Below, one piece after another: positions 37,135 through 64,000 of a stretch of DNA of 64,000 nt. The number at the start of each line of letters is the position of its first letter. Position 1 is the first letter of the stretch. The stretch comes from Amoebidium appalachense (taxonomy: Eukaryota > Protista > Ichthyosporea). The notes beneath the pieces are model-generated. The model was not told the DNA's origin. It did no database searches and saw nothing but the letters and a program-made list of their open reading frames with translations. Where the stretch lies: positions 4,285,502 through 4,349,501 of the forward strand of contig CAVNZM010000015.1 of assembly GCA_963693365.1 (NCBI GenBank), read 5' to 3'. The position numbers were made by a program, and so were the translations under genes.

Positions 37135-38405
37135 CCAGCTGATACCGAGTGTCCCGAGGGAAGCCCCTTTAAAAAATTAAAATTAAAATTAAAAAAAAAT
37201 TAAAAAAAATTAAAAAAAACAAAAAAAAACGGGGAACCCCAACTAATTGATTTCTCCTTGTAGTCTTTATGGTGTCTCGTAGAGAAAGTAAACCCTGATA
37301 TATAGTCACCACCCGACATCTATGTACGTGATCATGATATACCGCTGAGGGGATATTCCGAGCAAAACCCCCCCATACCTGAGACTGGTTCTCTTTGCCT
37401 CGAGTAAACAGCGTAAACCCCCTTATCATATAACTACCACATGGATGGATATCTCCCCCCCCCTCCCCCCCCCCCCCCACAACCAATCCTCTGTAGAGGA
37501 TTGTGTTGTTGGTGCTTAGTGGGAGGATAGTGTCGCAATGGTTTTAAATTTGCTTTTGGGGAGTCGTGCGTGGGGGGGGGGGAGAGGGGGGGGGGGGGGG
37601 ATCAACATGTACAGGGGATTAGGTGGGCGGATTTTGGGGGTCTTTTTTGTCCACTTTCCTTCCAGGTTAGAGAGAAGGCGTCAGGGAGAAGGTGTGTGTG
37701 TGCGACATCGTGTGTGGTGGTGGTGGTGGTAGGGGAGCGGGGGAAGGGAGGGGGAGTGGAGGGAGAGGGGGGGGGGGGGGGGGGAGGGGAGGGGAGGGAG
37801 GGGGCAGGGGGGGAGGGGGGGTAGGTGACTAACAAAACGGTATTTTTTAACAGGAGGCAAACCTTCCACCCGGGCCATCTGTCGACCCAAAGAAAAACAC
37901 GCAAACAGGAAACACACTTTCCGGGTTAGAACCTAGGACAACAAACGCAAACATGATCCAAAGTCAAATTTCGTTGAGGAGTCAAACACACATACACGAA
38001 ACGGATAGGAGAAGATCAACCGCGATTCGCCGGCTGGCCATGTTCTTCACGGGGTTTGCGATTGTATTTTTCGTTCAGTGGATTCCGTATGCGTTGCACG
38101 GTATAATATCTCTGTATGCGGGGTGTACTTCGGAAACCCTTGCTCTTATCCAATCGGCAACTGTAAATTTGGGGGGGCTCTTTGATGCATGTCTTTACAG
38201 CTGTCTATTGGCTAATTTCGGAAGAAATTCGAACCGGGTACCGCATTTTCACGGGCCGACGCTACAACCAACACACAACAGTAGTCCCAGTGACCAGGTT
38301 GGGAGCGCAAACATAAATCCGGTACTCCCGGAAATTTTGGCGGAATCGGATGAACCGGGTGGAAGAGTGATTGAGGTTCGAGGGTTGGGTTCTGGGGAGC
38401 AGTGA
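34248..38405 (+). CDS. 7TM G-protein-coupled receptor, cAMP-receptor-like (CAR/Git3/GPR157-type), ~521 aa, 3 exons
   Basis: Exons 34248-34346, 35216-36130, 37854-38405, all phase 0, with branch point GACTAAC at 37827. Seven hydrophobic segments. Motifs YLCISDILL (TM2), CPVEG (TM3), YGENRVKC (ECL2), FFVQWIPY (TM6), NLGGLFDACLY (TM7). Confidence 0.85.
36480..37132 (+). mobile_element. 5'-truncated non-LTR retrotransposon (LINE) 3' end with (CA)n tail, in GPCR intron 2
   Basis: AT-rich intron-less 189-codon frame (36492-37061) ending WRSNK...ACPNNTHTHQFNRSCIAKC...NYNILDFILNTRNYDLF, which resembles the Cys/His C-terminus of LINE ORF2 proteins. The stop is followed directly by ~70 nt of (CA)n. 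No RT core and no TSD seen. Confidence 0.6.
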
Positions 38406-39372
38406 ATAAAGAGGATTGTGGGTACCTGAACCTTATGGGTTTAAGTAAATACTGTTAAGATTTTATAATTTTAAGTGTTTTTTTAAGATGTTGTATATCA
38501 GAAGAGGTTTGGGCCTTCACTATGTGTACCCGGGGCTCTTGGGATGTACATACGTGACCTTGCCTAACATTCATTTATTTTTAATTTGTGTATATTTTTT
38601 ACTTTATTTTAAGTTTAATGATGACTGTTACTGTACTATTTGGTGTATATATCTGTTACATACTGACAGTGCTTTGTATGTATAGATTATACATTATACA
38701 TACTACATGTTGTTCGGAAGGTTGGCATGTATCATAGTCATATGTGGCTGTGCTCACAAATTTTTCAATTATAATTGTTGATTTTCCTAGAAAATTTGTA
38801 ACTGTTGGACCCAGTGCTGAGGTTGTATATATGTACATGAAACTCTAGAATTTCTACGGTTGAGTCTTCGTATTTGGTAAATACGTATATCTCGTTGAAT
38901 ATCCGGCGAAGCTATCTCAGCAACTATAGATCCTTTATATTCTTAGCCCTGTCTGATGCATCGATCCCCCCCCCCCCCCAAAAAAGAAGGTATTTAAAAG
39001 GAAAAAAAATATGCCATTGCATACTCGGGTATGAGCAGTACATGCACTTGATGGCCAGCATGCATCTCTTGTGTTTGCTGCAACTAGCTGCTTGTTTTTT
39101 TTATAACAACCGTTCAAATATCGACCCTGAAAAGCCCATACACCCCCCCCCCCCCCCCCCCCTCCCCCGGCAAAAAAAAAAGGGCAGAGCCCCCGGAACT
39201 TCCTTCCCCTTCCAATGGTGGCAGGTGCTTTTAGGTCGACTTCTTTTTGAGATTTTTCTAGTCGCAATAGCGTAAAAGCGGACAGGACGGTGCCACAACT
39301 TGAAGAAAATGCATGTGTGTTTTCAGATAGTTCTATGTCTCGGGGTTTCCCCCCCTCCCCCCCCCCCCCCCC

Positions 39373-39405
<33 letters not shown>

Positions 39406-39641
39406 CCGCCGCCCTCCCCCCATGATTCATATGGAGCTCGGAATGGCAGGGTGAGGTGCATAAGCACATTTGATTTCAGTCCACTCGAGTGTAATTTTGG
39501 GATATGCACGGAAAATTTAGAATTTTAAATCAAAACCTCCTTCACAATTTCTCGAATCTTGTTTTCTTTCTTACGCTTCATCAAATTGAGCAAACAGGCG
39601 GTGGGGGCCCATGGGTGGGTGGGTGGGTGAGTGGGTAGGGT

Positions 39642-39673
<32 letters not shown>

Positions 39674-41079
39674 GGGGGGGGGGGGGGGGGGGGGGAGGGG
39701 GGGAGGGGGGAAGTATTCCCAATACATGAATGGGGGGTTTGAAGGAGAGTACATAGTTAACGTTAGCGTCGGAGCTGGTCCACGTGGGGGGGAAGGGGTG
39801 GGGGAGAGGGCCGGGGGGGGGGGGGGGGGGGGGAGGTTGATGGAGGGGTATAGCGGTGGAGGGAGGGAGGGATCGACAGAAGGGATGGTTGCCAATGCAT
39901 GAGGTTTGGAGAAGAGGGACAGAGAGTGCGATGGCGGTGGCCAGCCCCCTGGGGGGAAGGGGGGAGGGGGTTGAGGAATCTATAGGGAGAGACGGGGGGG
40001 GGGGGGGGGGGGAGTTTGAGAGATAGGGGGAGTGAGGGATGCGGAGGGAGGGGAAGGGTCGAAGGAGGGGGGGGGGGGGGGGAGCAAGGGGGCGGACTGG
40101 GAACAGGGATAAGTGTACATCTGACCCATGGGGGTTGCACACTGGTTTGGAAAAGTTTATTTAAATGAATATCTTTTGAAATCTTTAATACTTATATGAT
40201 GACGTGATTGATTGACTCATAGCAAGGGAGAAGCATTATATTGCCATGCAAAATATTTATGAATATAGCTAGAATTTAAACACAAATAATCTGGTCTGTG
40301 CACCAGGCCTGAGACCAGGGTCGTGACTAGATTAAGAAATAACATCACTTTTTGATTGATCCATATAGGAACCCAACAGAACGGGTTGAATTTAACAGTT
40401 TTCTCTTTTGAAATTGTGTATTTTCCAACTTCTTTCTCCTAATAGGCAATCCCAGTTTCCTTTTCCTTCTTGAATTCTCTCTTCTGTTATGCACATAGCC
40501 TAATCTAACATTCACAGATGAAAAAAGAGGAAAACACCTATTTCTTTTTTGGAAACATGTGCATTCGTGCAAAGAAACGAACATCTGGAAAACACTAGCT
40601 TTTACGAAAGAATTCACACCAGCAGCTATCAGAAGCAAAGAGGCAGAACACTGAAATCACACTCCAAATGCCTCACCAAAAGGATGGGCTCTATATTCAC
40701 CAGCAGGGTTCTAAATATATACAGTGATATATCGAAAAATCAGGTTTCATGATGAGAAAATCTGCCATATTGCCAGCCCTCGGTAGACATTTCCTGCCAA
40801 TCTAATACCATATGCGGAAAAGAACCTCATATAGAAAAAAAAAAAACGGAAATTGTGGGTGGGTGACGAGTTCTGCCTGATGTCGGAGCGTGCAGAATAT
40901 GCAGACAATCACCCATAATATTTCACAATCGGCACAATCGGGGGAGATTGAGTTGAAATTTTACAATATTTCATCCCAATGCACCGTAGCCACCTCCGAT
41001 TTTCCCAGTGGTACTGCTCGGGCGGCCGAGGCTCATTCGTTCAACCATCCCCTTGAGTTTCTGCATGCTCTCACTAATT

Positions 41080-41201
<122 letters not shown>

Positions 41202-41383
41202 CGCGCACGAGCACGCTCGCGTGTTGTGTGTGTGTATGTGTGTGTGTGCGTGCGCGTGCATGTGTATGTTTGTACTGGTGGCTGTAGATAGAAATGTAGC
41301 AATTAAACAAAAGGGTTCAACACTCTAAAAAATCAGTTCACACAATAGAGCCTACTTCCAAGTGCGTAAACCACCCCTCCCCC

Positions 41384-41446
<63 letters not shown>

Positions 41447-41736
41447 CTCCCCGCACCCAGCGCGCACACATTGCTGGCCTGGTTCTTTTGTGGCAGTGGC
41501 AACTAGACTCTGAAATCGAAACATTTCCTCGGACAAATATTAGGAAATCAGGCTACCCCTATACTATCACATATGTTTTGATGGAGTGTTGCCTCAGGGC
41601 TCTTTAAAATTATCTACCTGAAATCACAGTAATCCATTATTTTTCTAAACAAAGAACACACATTTTTGGCATCGTACAGTTTTATCGCAGATCAAAACGA
41701 TTTTTCATACAGATTTCCCAAAGAAATTCCAAAGCT

Positions 41737-63222
<21,486 letters not shown>

Positions 63223-63267
63223 CTGTGGGCGTGTGTGGAGGGAGGAGGGGGAGGGAGAGGGGGGCGA

Positions 63268-63313
<46 letters not shown>

Positions 63314-64000
63314 AGAGGGGGAGGGGGAGGGGAAGAGAGAGAGAGAGAGAACAAGCGACATGGGTGGAGGGGGGAAAGTCAGAGATAGGGAGAGATGGGT
63401 GGGACGTGGTTTGAGGGGGGAGGGGGGGGGGGGGAGGGGGGGGGAGGGTTGGAATAGCAGCAGGGTCCATCAGATACGCCGCTCAACACATGTGACATTT
63501 CATGTATGAGAACGGCCAGCCCAATCTGAGGGGACCAAACAATCTGCTGATAGCCCAGGCAAACATAACCACGATACACGATAAACCCCACACACAAACA
63601 CATCCATCATGCACACCCACACACTCGATAGCAGCCCCGATACACACACACACGCACACACAAGCTCACCAGCAGAAACACGCATGCATGAAGCTGCGCA
63701 CATGCACACACTTACACACCGGCACACACGCACACACACACGCACACAGCACGCACGCACCCACACACACACACACAACACACACACACACGGACACACA
63801 CACCTTCCCCCCATCCCCTTTTTCCTGGGCCATCACCCTCCCCTCTCACACCCAAACGTACACACACCTTGCCTATCCTCCCCTCCCCTCCCCCTCCCCC
63901 CCTCCCCCCTCCCCCCTCTCCTCCCCCCTCCCCCCCCCGCCCCCCACCCGCCCACACACACTACACACACTCCCTCCCCTCCCCCCCCCCCGCCCCCTTC

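Noticed and set aside
40345-40785. AT-rich ORFs and a hAT-like end (TTGCCAGCCCT)
   Set aside because: No matching left TIR, TSD or transposase motif found; possibly a TE remnant but unsupported.

Overview
Eukaryotic genomic DNA, extremely rich in simple sequence: poly-G/poly-C runs and (CA)n/(TG)n/(GA)n tracts fill most introns, so nearly all ORFs in the supplied track are artefacts. By following GT-AG signals and exon phase by hand I reconstructed four intron-rich genes. (1) A minus-strand coiled-coil protein with a putative tandem-RWD C-terminus, tentatively Zwint-1-like (2060-~12008). (2) Head-to-head with it, a 16-exon plus-strand gene (13281-29844, ~2,170 aa) fusing an apparently catalytically intact asteroid/XPG-type PIN nuclease to a Spindle-E/TDRD9/DExH8-type DExH RNA helicase and a long uncharacterised C-terminal region. 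This is the most interesting object in the window. (3) A 3-exon cAMP-receptor-like 7TM GPCR (34248-38405) with a 5'-truncated LINE in intron 2. (4) A minus-strand DENN-domain protein with an internal C1 zinc finger (41737 to beyond the window end). Also present: a dispersed ~110-180 bp repeat family, a Helitron 3' end, a candidate TIR element, many duplications of exon-intron junctions, and candidate microexons. The taxon is not determinable; a non-animal opisthokont is a weak inference. All family assignments come from motif recognition by eye, with no database searches.
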